From the sequence record OQ708376.1: a stretch of 64,000 nucleotides of DNA. The stretch is one strand, 5' to 3'. Each line of letters starts with the position of its first letter. The first letter of the stretch is position 1. The position numbers and the translations under genes are program-made. This document shows, piece by piece, positions 1 through 9,680 of this stretch. The notes under the pieces are model-generated. The model saw only the letters and a program-made list of their open reading frames with translations. It searched no databases and had not been told where the DNA came from.

Positions 1-3
1 ATA

Positions 4-267
4 ATGGCACTTCGTATCTATGAGTGCCGATCCAATAGATACAATTTTTACCAGTACAGATTTGATAAAGAAGAATTTGATAGCATCAAAATGCTAAAGA
101 ATTTATGTAACAATAAAAAGAATATGCATATATCAGAATTTGTTGCTTTGTATTTTTATTTAAAAAGTTCATTGTATATGAACACGATGCAAAGATTCGA
201 TACTAGAATTAATGTATTCACCGATAAAGAATTTTATATATACGATAAATTCTTAGATAAGGTTTAA
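4..267 (+). CDS. hypothetical protein (may be 5'-truncated by the window edge)
   Basis: 87-aa ORF abutting the next gene; no recognised motif. Confidence 0.5.
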   Translation: MALRIYECRSNRYNFYQYRFDKEEFDSIKMLKNLCNNKKNMHISEFVALYFYLKSSLYMNTMQRFDTRINVFTDKEFYIYDKFLDKV

Positions 268-268
268 T

Positions 269-766
269 ATGACAACTGTTTATATTGATAAACGATTAAA
301 TTTATTGATTACCGATTCTAGAGTTACGTCAACTATACCACGAAACTTATTTGGTTTTTTCCCACTAAGACCAAAATATCAATATGGAGTTGTTAATCAA
401 AAAACTTTATATGTACATGACCGTTTATTCAGTGCTAGTGGGTCAGTAAGTGAAATTGATAAAGTACTGGATTGGTTAATTAATAAAGTACCAGTTATAC
501 CTGACAGAAAGTTAAGTTGCCATTGTGTGCTTCTTTCTAAAGATTATGTTATTCATATGATTTTAACTAAAGGAAAGTTTATTAAAAAACTTGAATATCT
601 ACATGAAGACTACACTTTCTTTATGGGAAGTGGTGGAGAATACATGGTAGATGCTGCTATTCATGAAGAACATACAACTTTATATGATAAAGTGTTTAGT
701 ACTTTCATGGATGTGCATAACCATGATTGCTTCACAGATGATAATATTAATGTATATCGATTTTGA
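269..766 (+). CDS. proteasome-beta/HslV-like Ntn-hydrolase fold protein
   Basis: N-terminal M-T-T, DSRVT motif, later GSGG and C-terminal DxxT, matching the T1/D17/K33/S129 pattern of Ntn proteases. Confidence 0.55.
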   Translation: MTTVYIDKRLNLLITDSRVTSTIPRNLFGFFPLRPKYQYGVVNQKTLYVHDRLFSASGSVSEIDKVLDWLINKVPVIPDRKLSCHCVLLSKDYVIHMILTKGKFIKKLEYLHEDYTFFMGSGGEYMVDAAIHEEHTTLYDKVFSTFMDVHNHDCFTDDNINVYRF

Positions 767-787
767 TTTCGTCATTAGGAGATGTAA

Positions 788-1753
788 GTGAAAAAGCTTG
801 ATTTAAATACAATTGCCGAAGAAGTTCTGGATGAATGTTTTTCTAATGAAGAAGTCAACACACTAGAAGCCTTAGATTTCGTTGAAGATAAAGATGAAAA
901 TGAAGGTAAAGTACAAAGCAGTTTCAAATATAATATTACACTTAAGCGACCACCAAATGTTTCCAATGAAGATCTAATTCGTGATATTCAAGCTGGTATC
1001 AATGTAAAGAAAAACACTGAACTGTTAGTTCGTTACAATTATGGACTTATTATTGATGTAGCAAGTAAATGTACTTGTTATATCCCATTTGAAGATAAGA
1101 TTTCATATGGTGTTGAGGGGTTCATGAGAGCACTAAAAACCTTTGATCTTAATAAGAATGTGAAGTTCATTACCTATGCTTCTTCTAGTATTTACATGAC
1201 AGTTTATAACGAAAGTTCTGACGCTAACTATATGGTACACTTCCCACGTTATATGAGTGTTCATAAGATCAAAGTAAAAAGATTCTGTCAGGAATATATG
1301 CGTAAACATGGTGTTCGCCCAACTCCTGAAATAATCTCAGAGGGTACTGGGATTGAGATTCAGCATGTTAATAACTGTTTGTTATTTCAAAGCGAATACA
1401 CTTCTCTGGATGCACCATTAGACGGTGTTACCGATGGTACACTAGGTGACATTATTCATTCACCTGCTTCTGATTTTAACCTCAATGTTGATAGTATTCG
1501 TGCACCTTTACGTTATGCTATCAATGAACTGACTAACGAATTGAGTACTAAAGAACGTGAGATTATCCAGCGTGTTCATGGTCTAGGTGAATATGAACCT
1601 GAAACGCTTCGTGAGATTGCTGATAATGGTTTTGTTGATGATAATGGAAAATATGTTAAATCCCGTTCATCAATACACCGAAAGTACAGTGAAGCTATGC
1701 AAAAGCTTAAGAAGTTAGTACTTGCAAAAGGGTACGAATACGAAGATTTCTAA
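788..1753 (+). CDS. phage sigma70-family RNA polymerase sigma factor
   Basis: Region 2 (EDKISYGVEGFMRALKTFD...KFITYA) and region 4 (LSTKEREII...ETLREIA) recognisable; GTG start after AGGAGA. Confidence 0.85.
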   Translation: MKKLDLNTIAEEVLDECFSNEEVNTLEALDFVEDKDENEGKVQSSFKYNITLKRPPNVSNEDLIRDIQAGINVKKNTELLVRYNYGLIIDVASKCTCYIPFEDKISYGVEGFMRALKTFDLNKNVKFITYASSSIYMTVYNESSDANYMVHFPRYMSVHKIKVKRFCQEYMRKHGVRPTPEIISEGTGIEIQHVNNCLLFQSEYTSLDAPLDGVTDGTLGDIIHSPASDFNLNVDSIRAPLRYAINELTNELSTKEREIIQRVHGLGEYEPETLREIADNGFVDDNGKYVKSRSSIHRKYSEAMQKLKKLVLAKGYEYEDF

Positions 1754-1761
1754 AGAACAAG

Positions 1762-1787
1762 GGTTGGCTTATGCCAACCTTTTTTTT
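1762..1787 (+). terminator. intrinsic terminator
   Basis: GGTTGGC-TTAT-GCCAACC followed by T8. Confidence 0.85.
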
Positions 1788-1808
1788 ATGGGATGAAGTA
1801 AAAGTTTG

Positions 1809-1817
1809 TGATATAAT
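1809..1817 (+). promoter_or_regulatory. extended -10 promoter ahead of an ORF-less region
   Basis: TGaTATAAT. Confidence 0.5.
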
Positions 1818-2311
1818 TATCTTGTACAATTCTGTTGGCATGATATTCATGTACCTGATCCACTCGAAAACGTAGAGGGCAGTTGAGCAGTCCGACAGTG
1901 CGAACAGCAAAAGAAACCCGTTAGATGTGGGCATAGTTTGAACCCCTCACGGCAATGCGGCTGTATAAAGAACCACGTTAGGATAGCTGGTGGTTCCTTG
2001 ATAGACATATAAGGATAACACCTTACGAATTATCTAAGGGAGAGTTATCGAATTTTGTACAGGAAAGTTGCGTCCAAAATTTGAGTACTCACATTAAGTA
2101 TTTGATTGCATAGATACTTAATGAAGATACACTATGTTTAAAAGTGTAGACCGTCATATGAAACTGAAGTAGAGAGAAACAGGATGACCCGCTTTCGCAC
2201 TCGTTATGAGTAATCTTCAATGCAATAGCTCTGATACCATCAGCGTCAAATTTCCCTCCTTGTGGGGGGAAGAAAAATCCCTTCCTCAAATCCCGTCAAT
2301 ATTAAAAGTCC

Positions 2312-2340
2312 TTGACAGTTATTAATCATTCGCGTAGAAT
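2312..2340 (+). promoter_or_regulatory. sigma70-type promoter
   Basis: TTGACA-N17-TAGAAT. Confidence 0.75.
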
Positions 2341-2404
2341 ACGTAGTATTAGAAGCGAACAGACATCTCGAAGAGATGGATGATTAACCATTAAGGAATA
2401 TCAA

Positions 2405-2614
2405 ATGAATTCAGTAATCTTTTTAGTAGTCGCTTTCTCTGTTAATTCCGGTGTACAAATAACCCCAATGAATTCCATGAATCAATGCATAGCAGTACGT
2501 GATAGTACATACGAACAAGTAAACAAAGATATTTGGATTACAGTTAGTAAAGAACAAATGTGGTGTTACAATAGTAATACTAACACAAAGCTTATTGTAG
2601 GACAAACTCAATGA
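2405..2614 (+). CDS. small hypothetical protein with hydrophobic N-terminus
   Basis: AAGGA RBS, 69 aa. Confidence 0.7.
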   Translation: MNSVIFLVVAFSVNSGVQITPMNSMNQCIAVRDSTYEQVNKDIWITVSKEQMWCYNSNTNTKLIVGQTQ

Positions 2615-2841
2615 GTTATGGCGTTCGTTTTGAGATTCGTTCTATTGTCATCAATGCAGAGAAACAAGTATCGTTGGATGGTGATATACGTGAAATTTAT
2701 CTATCATGTATCCGTGCGAAATCTGAAGCAGATGCCTTAGTACAAATGTATAGTTTTAACTTTTCAAATGGATTCTATTTGGTACGAGTTATTGAAGTGA
2801 AAAAAGTACTTATTGGTTGTAGCATAGAAGGATTAATGTAA
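2611..2841 (+). CDS. hypothetical protein
   Basis: ATGA overlap with the upstream gene, 76 aa. Confidence 0.65.
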   Translation: MSYGVRFEIRSIVINAEKQVSLDGDIREIYLSCIRAKSEADALVQMYSFNFSNGFYLVRVIEVKKVLIGCSIEGLM

Positions 2842-2842
2842 A

Positions 2843-3631
2843 ATGAGCACTATAGATGAACTGATTCGACGGAATTCAAAATATTACCAACCATCAGAAA
2901 TTGTAGGTAACATTACCAAATCAGAGTTTGGTCCAAATACTCGAAAACTCATTCATGTAATGTCACGTGATGGCTTTAAATGTGATTGTTGCGGTGAATC
3001 TAATGTAGTATTCACTTTACACAAGCACAGTACTAAAGATCGTTATAAATTCAGACCTTATGTACTTAAAGGGAAACGCCTTGTACGCATGACGTTAGAC
3101 CATAATGTACTGGACTGTCTTCAGGGCGGTAATGATAAAGAGAACATGACTGCACTGTGTGAAGATTGTAACGCATTACGCCAGCATAAGTTTGCTGAAT
3201 ACAGTGAGTTTAAACACTGGTATAATAACGCGGATCGTTCAATCGAGCCTGACGTTAACTACTGCTTCATTGAGTACATTAAGAATGCCAAAGATACATA
3301 CATTCTTAAATCAATGTCACCTATTACCGTGTTTCCTGAGAACCTATTCACTACATTAAAGAATAGTTTTATTGTAGGTGATATTGATGCATTCAAGTAT
3401 TTTGACAAAGGTGCAAAACATTTTGAAATTCAATGTCTTAGTACTGCACTATGTGAACTCATTAAAATTTACATAAAAGAGTATTTGGGTATTGACAATG
3501 TACGTGTACCAGAGTATACTTTTTCTATTGAATTCGATTGTGAATCAATCAAAGAGTTTGGAATTCTTTTCAATAAACAAATAGAACTTGCAATTCAAAA
3601 CGAAATCAAGTACTATACTACTAACATTTAA
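2843..3631 (+). CDS. HNH endonuclease
   Basis: CDCCG...TLDHN...GGNDKENMTALCEDCN (CxxC-H-N-CxxCN). Confidence 0.8.
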   Translation: MSTIDELIRRNSKYYQPSEIVGNITKSEFGPNTRKLIHVMSRDGFKCDCCGESNVVFTLHKHSTKDRYKFRPYVLKGKRLVRMTLDHNVLDCLQGGNDKENMTALCEDCNALRQHKFAEYSEFKHWYNNADRSIEPDVNYCFIEYIKNAKDTYILKSMSPITVFPENLFTTLKNSFIVGDIDAFKYFDKGAKHFEIQCLSTALCELIKIYIKEYLGIDNVRVPEYTFSIEFDCESIKEFGILFNKQIELAIQNEIKYYTTNI

Positions 3632-3646
3632 TCAGAGGAAATTATC

Positions 3647-3829
3647 ATGCAAATTATCATTCTTATCGTTGGCATCATGCTGGGTGTTTACGGTCACTCC
3701 TGGATGAACGAGAAGTTTCCTAATACGCGTCCTGAGTATTGCAGTTCTAATGTATTCCAGAATGGTGAGAAACCAAAGGAAAGCATTGGTAAAAAGCTGG
3801 ATAAAGTACTTGATGTGATCAATGAATAA
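3647..3829 (+). CDS. small membrane-anchored protein
   Basis: GAGG RBS, N-terminal hydrophobic helix. Confidence 0.65.
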   Translation: MQIIILIVGIMLGVYGHSWMNEKFPNTRPEYCSSNVFQNGEKPKESIGKKLDKVLDVINE

Positions 3830-3839
3830 GGGCCATAAA

Positions 3840-4040
3840 ATGTTTAAACCGAATTCCAATGTTGGTAAGAAAGTTCAATTACTTGAAGATGTATCCACCA
3901 TGAGTGGAATTTTCCCAAGAGGTCACATCATGACTATTATTGCCGAAACATCCCGTGGGTGGGATTTGGAAGATGCTGATGGTAATCGCATCCTTGAGGC
4001 TGGATTCTATGGTCATCGTGAATATAAAATCGTTGATTAA
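3840..4040 (+). CDS. hypothetical protein
   Basis: ORF 3822..4040; start re-called at the ATG after AAGGG. Confidence 0.6.
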   Translation: MFKPNSNVGKKVQLLEDVSTMSGIFPRGHIMTIIAETSRGWDLEDADGNRILEAGFYGHREYKIVD

Positions 4041-4049
4041 GGATACAAC

Positions 4050-4133
4050 ATGACTTTAGAGATTGTCTTTGGTATTGTTAGCTTAGTCGTCTGTGTGGGT
4101 TGGTTTGGGTATCTGATGATTTTTAGTGATTAA
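4050..4133 (+). CDS. 27-aa hydrophobic peptide
   Basis: AAGGA RBS; MTLEIVFGIVSLVVCVGWFGYLMIFSD. Confidence 0.5.
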   Translation: MTLEIVFGIVSLVVCVGWFGYLMIFSD

Positions 4134-4136
4134 TAC

Positions 4137-4164
4137 TTGACATAAGATATCAGTACTGTATAAT
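4137..4164 (+). promoter_or_regulatory. sigma70-type promoter, 16-bp spacer containing AGTACT
   Basis: TTGACA-taagatatcagtactg-TATAAT. Confidence 0.8.
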
Positions 4165-4209
4165 GTTTATATCAAACGAAATCCACTTTAACAAATGATA
4201 GGAAATATT

Positions 4210-4488
4210 ATGTCTTTTTCTAAAGAAGAACGTGACCTTATTAAAAAAGCAATCTGGTTTTATGCTAATGAAGGGAAGTGCGATGAAGAAAAAGCACGTG
4301 AACTGTGTAATATCTTTGAGAAGAAACAAGATCTAAAAGTGTATCGTATCCGTGATTTGGATGAAGGGGATCGTATTGTCCTAGCTGAAACAAAAGAAGA
4401 AGCAGAACAAATCTTCACTGATAAAAACGAAAATCCACATTGGATGGAAGAAGTCTGTGATGTTAAAAAAGGTACTTATATCGATTGA
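4210..4488 (+). CDS. hypothetical protein
   Basis: AGGA RBS; ORF 4195..4488. Confidence 0.7.
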   Translation: MSFSKEERDLIKKAIWFYANEGKCDEEKARELCNIFEKKQDLKVYRIRDLDEGDRIVLAETKEEAEQIFTDKNENPHWMEEVCDVKKGTYID

Positions 4489-4607
4489 CAGTACTGAATA
4501 ATAGCAGTATTATGTTTTATATAAAAGGGAATGCAGTGAAAGGAAAGACAGCATAATCGTACTCGTCACTGCGTTCCCGCCCTTTTAAATTAAATGAGGA
4601 ATTAACT

Positions 4608-4916
4608 ATGTTTCAAACTAACACTCAAGGTTTTGTAATCATCGATTTGAATCAAAACAGCGGTCATTGGATGAAACCTACTGACGCATGTATGCAGTTT
4701 GATTTCTTAGGTTACAAAATTAGTGTAAGTACTGGTGCTTCTGTACTGAGAGGTGGTTGTATCGTTGAACATCTGGTAACTGATCCAGAAGGTCGTGAGT
4801 ATGAAATCGCAGGTTCAGTACAAGATGCCATTATGTTTGTATGTCAGCGTGAAATGAATGGTTCGAATTCAAATGCACTGACTCATGCTCTTTCTCAAGA
4901 AGTGGAGGTTCGTTAA
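4608..4916 (+). CDS. hypothetical protein
   Basis: GAGGA RBS, 102 aa. Confidence 0.75.
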   Translation: MFQTNTQGFVIIDLNQNSGHWMKPTDACMQFDFLGYKISVSTGASVLRGGCIVEHLVTDPEGREYEIAGSVQDAIMFVCQREMNGSNSNALTHALSQEVEVR

Positions 4917-5161
4917 TGAAATACATTGTAGCAGTACTCGTCGCATTTCTACTCACTGCATGTGATGCTTCTACCAAAGAACGTACAAGTGATTTTGTTC
5001 TACCTGCTGAATTAAAAGAAGCAGGGTGTAAGATTTATCGTATGCAACAAGATGGTGCTGGTGCGACTTTATACACTGTGTACTGTCCTAATGCAAATAC
5101 AAGTACTGGATACACTAGCGGTAAAACACGAATCAACACTTCCGTAATTCATGGAGAATAA
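4916..5161 (+). CDS. putative lipoprotein
   Basis: Signal peptide with lipobox L-T-A-C. Confidence 0.7.
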   Translation: MKYIVAVLVAFLLTACDASTKERTSDFVLPAELKEAGCKIYRMQQDGAGATLYTVYCPNANTSTGYTSGKTRINTSVIHGE

Positions 5162-5163
5162 CA

Positions 5164-5532
5164 ATGAGCCTTGATACAACACGTGCAGCAGATTTATTAA
5201 CTCGTCTGAATGATGAAGAATATCTTGCTGAGATAAAGTACAAGCTTGACAAACTTGTTCGAAGTGCTGAAGTAATTGAAGTTGAAGGTCACTTACCGAT
5301 GGATCAATACCATAGGTTCAAGGAAGATATGGTTTATTATCCTAATGAAATTTGGATTGAGTGGCAACATTGGACTAACAAAACTCTTCGCATTGAAGGG
5401 TATTGTGTGAAGTATGAAAGTTCACCTGGTGATGTTACAAAAACTCTATCAATTTGGTGTACAAAAACAAATGAACTCGTTGAGGTGAATTTGAATTATA
5501 TGAATGGATTCCGTTGGGGTGATGTTAAATGA
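5164..5532 (+). CDS. hypothetical protein
   Basis: GGAG RBS, 122 aa. Confidence 0.7.
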   Translation: MSLDTTRAADLLTRLNDEEYLAEIKYKLDKLVRSAEVIEVEGHLPMDQYHRFKEDMVYYPNEIWIEWQHWTNKTLRIEGYCVKYESSPGDVTKTLSIWCTKTNELVEVNLNYMNGFRWGDVK

Positions 5533-5804
5533 TTAAAAAACTCTTGACTGGAATCATTGTGTGCAGTACAATGTTTCTTACAGCATGTAATGATGACGGC
5601 AGGTTTAGTGCAAAAGACTTAGTTCGTCAGGATTGTACATTCACAGGTAAGTCTTTTATTAACGAGTATGAAATATGTACACAATCAGGTCGTATCTGTG
5701 GTGGTTGGGAAAAACGTCAGGAGCGATTGTATGTATATGAATGCCCTGGACATCACAACAAAGTACTAAGCACACACAAACTTGTTTATGATAAGGTTGA
5801 ATAA
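5529..5804 (+). CDS. putative lipoprotein, Cys-rich
   Basis: Lipobox L-T-A-C plus additional Cys residues. Confidence 0.7.
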   Translation: MIKKLLTGIIVCSTMFLTACNDDGRFSAKDLVRQDCTFTGKSFINEYEICTQSGRICGGWEKRQERLYVYECPGHHNKVLSTHKLVYDKVE

Positions 5805-6373
5805 TGACTACCAATGAAATGATGCAGGTTATTTGGGATAAAGGTTGTGATATTAAAATCACTAGTACTGATGTTCGTGTATTCAAAACTGAATATATGG
5901 AGTACTTGGACCTTGATACTTATAATAATATTGTATCAATTGAACACAAAGGTGCAGTACTGGAAACCATTGACGTAGTACTCAAGAAAGCTACCGACCT
6001 ATTAGGAGTGGCAGTGTGAATAACAAAGAGTGGGAAGATTACCGCAAGAAGTGCAGGGAGTTTGATAAAGAACTTACTGGTACAGTGAATGCAGTAATGT
6101 GGGTATCTGTAATTATTGCAGTTCTTGCGTTGGGTGCTATTATTATTAATAAATTATTCTAAGGCGAATATCATGTTTACTTTATATCTCGCAGTAGTTC
6201 TCACCAATGGTGAAATCACTCGTACTATTGGTGAAGGTGTATATAAAACACCAGACCAGTGCTACTCTGCCACTCATTGGCCTCGCGATAGTGGGGATGA
6301 AACTCGCACTGAATTCAAATGCATGAAAGTAAAAGGTGATTTTGTTAACCTTAAGGTTATCGAGGCGAAATAA
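5804..6373 (+). CDS. three small hypothetical genes (5804..6019, 6016..6162, 6173..6373)
   Basis: Translationally coupled ORFs with RBS-like purines. Confidence 0.6.
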
Positions 6374-6891
6374 TGGATATTAATGAGTTGTTGAAATTAG
6401 TGTTTAATCGTGAACGCCGCGATACAAGACCAATTGAATATCAAGATGTGATACGCATTGAAACTGATTTCTGTTATGGTAAAACAACTCATGACCTTTT
6501 GAATCTCTCTGGAAAACGCTATGCTGATGTTTGTTTTTCAGAGAGAAGTGATGGTTCAGAAATAACGAGTACTGATATTGTTTGTTACGCACGCAGTGCT
6601 GATAAATCTTATGAAATAGAACTTATATATTCCCCTAGTTCTAAAACAAATCATCACCGCCATATTTTATATGATGTTTACACACCACCTGGTATTGCTG
6701 AATATTTTGTTATTGATTATAGTACTGAAGAAAATGTGTTTCAACAAAGTTTGATTCATAACTTTGAGGTGAATGATCCATTAGTACCAAAGTTGTTCAA
6801 ACTACTTGACACCATCGATGTTGATTTTGAATTTGTTATGTGCATTAGAACTTCTTTATTCAATGAATTCATGGAACTTTTTAATATATGA
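6373..6891 (+). CDS. hypothetical protein, member of the dispersed ExxFQxS family
   Basis: STEENVFQQSLIH motif. Confidence 0.7.
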   Translation: MDINELLKLVFNRERRDTRPIEYQDVIRIETDFCYGKTTHDLLNLSGKRYADVCFSERSDGSEITSTDIVCYARSADKSYEIELIYSPSSKTNHHRHILYDVYTPPGIAEYFVIDYSTEENVFQQSLIHNFEVNDPLVPKLFKLLDTIDVDFEFVMCIRTSLFNEFMELFNI

Positions 6892-7539
6892 ATAGATACT
6901 ATGTTGTGTATGAACACGTCTCTGAATTTAATAACATACGCGGGTTTTCCAGAGTAGTCACCAAGATGGATGTATTCATTCGTGCTCTTAGTGAAGTAGA
7001 TGCACTGTTTAAATTGTTTGATGAAATTACAAAGTATAACACACCTAAAACACACCGCTATGTGGAAACTGTACATAGCATTATGCTAACTGAAAGTGAT
7101 GAGGAATGATAAATGAATTTATATCTAGTTGAAGGTTTAGTACAAGTCTATAAACCAGAAGGTGAAGGTCAACGTTTTTCACACGTAGAAGAATTTAAGT
7201 ACGTTGTACAGGCTGATGGTCAGTACGATGCGGAAATTCAAGTAGATGAATCATTCCGTAAGAAAAATGAAATTGGTAAATTTCAATACCAGAACTTACA
7301 ATATAAAGTATGGCCTAGTATAAATGACTAAGATGTGGTGGTGTCATGGTGTATATAACGTGTATGTAAATGGTAGATATAAAATGTCTAGTACCTATGC
7401 AAGACGTGTTAATGCGAACAACCAAGTTGATGCTGCTTGTGAGATCATTGAGTGGTATGCTGAGTTCAATGCACCTGACTATATGTACGAAATAGTTACA
7501 ATAAATGTTGTACAAATCGATACATCTTTGATACAATAA
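6888..7539 (+). CDS. three small hypothetical genes (6888..7109, 7113..7331, 7324..7539)
   Basis: Overlapping stop/start ORFs of 71-73 aa. Confidence 0.6.
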
Positions 7540-7646
7540 CCACATCAAAAAAATTGCATCTGAGGATACTTATGTTAGTTAATCTTAATTTCATCACTTC
7601 ACCTGACTGGGCATTACGTGGAGTTTCTTTAAACTTCAAGGAAACT

Positions 7647-8234
7647 ATGTTTGACTACATTGGTGAGTGTACATTGGTAAATGCAACTTTTGATCCAAAT
7701 CATCCGTTTTGGGCTGAAATTCATGATCCAAATGTAAACAACAATACATCTGTTATGACTATTGTCCAGACTAAACATGCAGGTATCCTTGCAGGTTATC
7801 GACCTGCACATGCAATTGAACACTTCACTGATTACGATGTCGTGGATGAATACCCAATGATCCATGAAGATGGAAGTCTATACACATCTGAAGACTTCCG
7901 TGCTATCTTTAATAGTACTGATGATATTCTACCAAGTGGACGTCCACGTCCTGAGTCTTATCTTATGCATCCATCTTATGGTGTAGCAGATACGCTTGAA
8001 CAGATTATGAATAAGTACAAGAACCTAATTGAAGGTCCAGAAGAAATTGTCCTGTGCTATCACCCAGTACTGAAGTCTGAACAACCAAAGGATGGTGGAT
8101 GGCGTTGGCATAAGAATGGTGAGTATATCGGTACTAAACGAAGTAAAGAACGTTTTGAGTACTTGTATGATGAGCCAGATGTTGATGTGGTTTTGTGTTA
8201 TAATTTTATTAAGGTGAAAAAGAAATGTATCTAG
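7647..8234 (+). CDS. hypothetical protein
   Basis: ORF 7554..8234; start re-called at the ATG after AAGGA. Confidence 0.7.
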   Translation: MFDYIGECTLVNATFDPNHPFWAEIHDPNVNNNTSVMTIVQTKHAGILAGYRPAHAIEHFTDYDVVDEYPMIHEDGSLYTSEDFRAIFNSTDDILPSGRPRPESYLMHPSYGVADTLEQIMNKYKNLIEGPEEIVLCYHPVLKSEQPKDGGWRWHKNGEYIGTKRSKERFEYLYDEPDVDVVLCYNFIKVKKKCI

Positions 8235-8467
8235 TACTAAGTTTTGTTGTTGCACTATTGTTTATGTTCTATCCTACACTAGTGGCATTAGCCACTAGAC
8301 GAACGATGGTAGATCTCACTACTGTATTCTTGCTAAACGTGGCATTAGTACTGGTGTCTATTATCATTCCAGTGAGCTTTACAGTTATTGATATTATTTC
8401 GGTATTACTCTTCGTGTTAAGTTATCTTATGCTTATTGAAGAAACAAATGTTGACAAACGTTCGTAG
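8225..8467 (+). CDS. membrane protein
   Basis: Three hydrophobic segments. Confidence 0.65.
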   Translation: MYLVLSFVVALLFMFYPTLVALATRRTMVDLTTVFLLNVALVLVSIIIPVSFTVIDIISVLLFVLSYLMLIEETNVDKRS

Positions 8468-8524
8468 TACTGTATAATGGTTCCTGTAGTCTGAAACTTA
8501 ACACTTAAACTTGAGGTAAAAAAT

Positions 8525-8851
8525 ATGCTATCAGTACTAATTTCAATTCCGTCTTTAATTCTGATTTGGCTTCTGGTTTACGAATGCTTTATTACTGATG
8601 ATAATGATAAAAAAGAGTTCTCTGAGTTGTTTATGCTTGATTCACCGATTGTGCGTATTTTCTATACAGTAGTTGTGGTTTCAGTAATTGTATGGGTTTT
8701 GAGTTTTATCTTCCCACTCGGTGCAGTAGTTAAAACTTTGGATTTAGTTGAGAACTTTGTTGCAATTATGTGGCTAATCAAAGCACTATTTGCAGGAAAT
8801 GTTAAAATTTGGATTGATATTATCAAATTCAAGTTCACGAATAAGATGTAA
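8525..8851 (+). CDS. membrane protein
   Basis: GAGG RBS behind a TTGACA-N16-TATAAT promoter; 3 hydrophobic segments. Confidence 0.7.
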   Translation: MLSVLISIPSLILIWLLVYECFITDDNDKKEFSELFMLDSPIVRIFYTVVVVSVIVWVLSFIFPLGAVVKTLDLVENFVAIMWLIKALFAGNVKIWIDIIKFKFTNKM

Positions 8852-8929
8852 CAGTGAAAATATCTCTATAGTATTAAATACTTCTGTACATATATATAGT
8901 ACAGAAGTATTTCTCGTTAGAGGTTTGTT

Positions 8930-9289
8930 ATGAAGAGTTATATAAAATTAATAGCACTTGTGTGTGCATTATTTTCATGTTTTAGTTATGGTGCAGCAGC
9001 AGAAACATATTGTCGTAGTACTAAGGGAACGTGGCATGTATTGACTAACGACCCTAGAAATGGTAAAAATATAGTTGTTGATGGTGTGATTTATCGTTTT
9101 AAAGTAGAAAGTATTATCGGTAATAAAAAAATCTCGACTTATAGAGATGATTCTGGTACATTAGCAAACGTAATATTAATTGTAGACCCAAGAACTGGTA
9201 ATGGTGATATCTATATAGTAATTTACTTGGACTCATCGGTACGCCGTGACCTAGATATAGATAAATTGAACTTACACTGTGAAATATAG
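8930..9289 (+). CDS. exported protein
   Basis: Signal peptide ending SYG-AAA. Confidence 0.65.
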   Translation: MKSYIKLIALVCALFSCFSYGAAAETYCRSTKGTWHVLTNDPRNGKNIVVDGVIYRFKVESIIGNKKISTYRDDSGTLANVILIVDPRTGNGDIYIVIYLDSSVRRDLDIDKLNLHCEI

Positions 9290-9300
9290 GACTTAAAAAA

Positions 9301-9678
9301 ATGGTAAACACTATTTTACTTTTGTTGTTGAATATTCCAATTATTCTGTCTTTTTTAATTTCTATTTTTATGGCAGGATATTGTTTAGTTGCAGTAATTC
9401 ATTTCATTTTAACAAACAAATATGTCCTAATTTCTAAGCTTGATTCTATTTTTGCTTGCGATTCGATTGCTTATAACTTGTGGTTAATTTGTTCTTGCAT
9501 TATGGGAGTAACTTTCCTTCTGTATGTATTTGATGTCCTTGACCAAAAGTTCGTATACATCAGTACTGGATTGGCTCTTTATCCTGCTACGTGGTACTTG
9601 ATTTACGTTGGTGATATATGGTATAGTACTTATAAAGAATATCAGTACAAGAAATCACTTAACGTTGGAGGAAAATAA
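9301..9678 (+). CDS. membrane protein
   Basis: 3-4 hydrophobic segments. Confidence 0.65.
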   Translation: MVNTILLLLLNIPIILSFLISIFMAGYCLVAVIHFILTNKYVLISKLDSIFACDSIAYNLWLICSCIMGVTFLLYVFDVLDQKFVYISTGLALYPATWYLIYVGDIWYSTYKEYQYKKSLNVGGK

Positions 9679-9680
9679 TC

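Noticed and set aside
1885-1920. AGTGCGAACAGCAAAAGAAACC is reminiscent of an RNase P RNA segment
   Set aside because: The universal GAGGAAAGTCC and AGAACCCGGCTTA elements were not found
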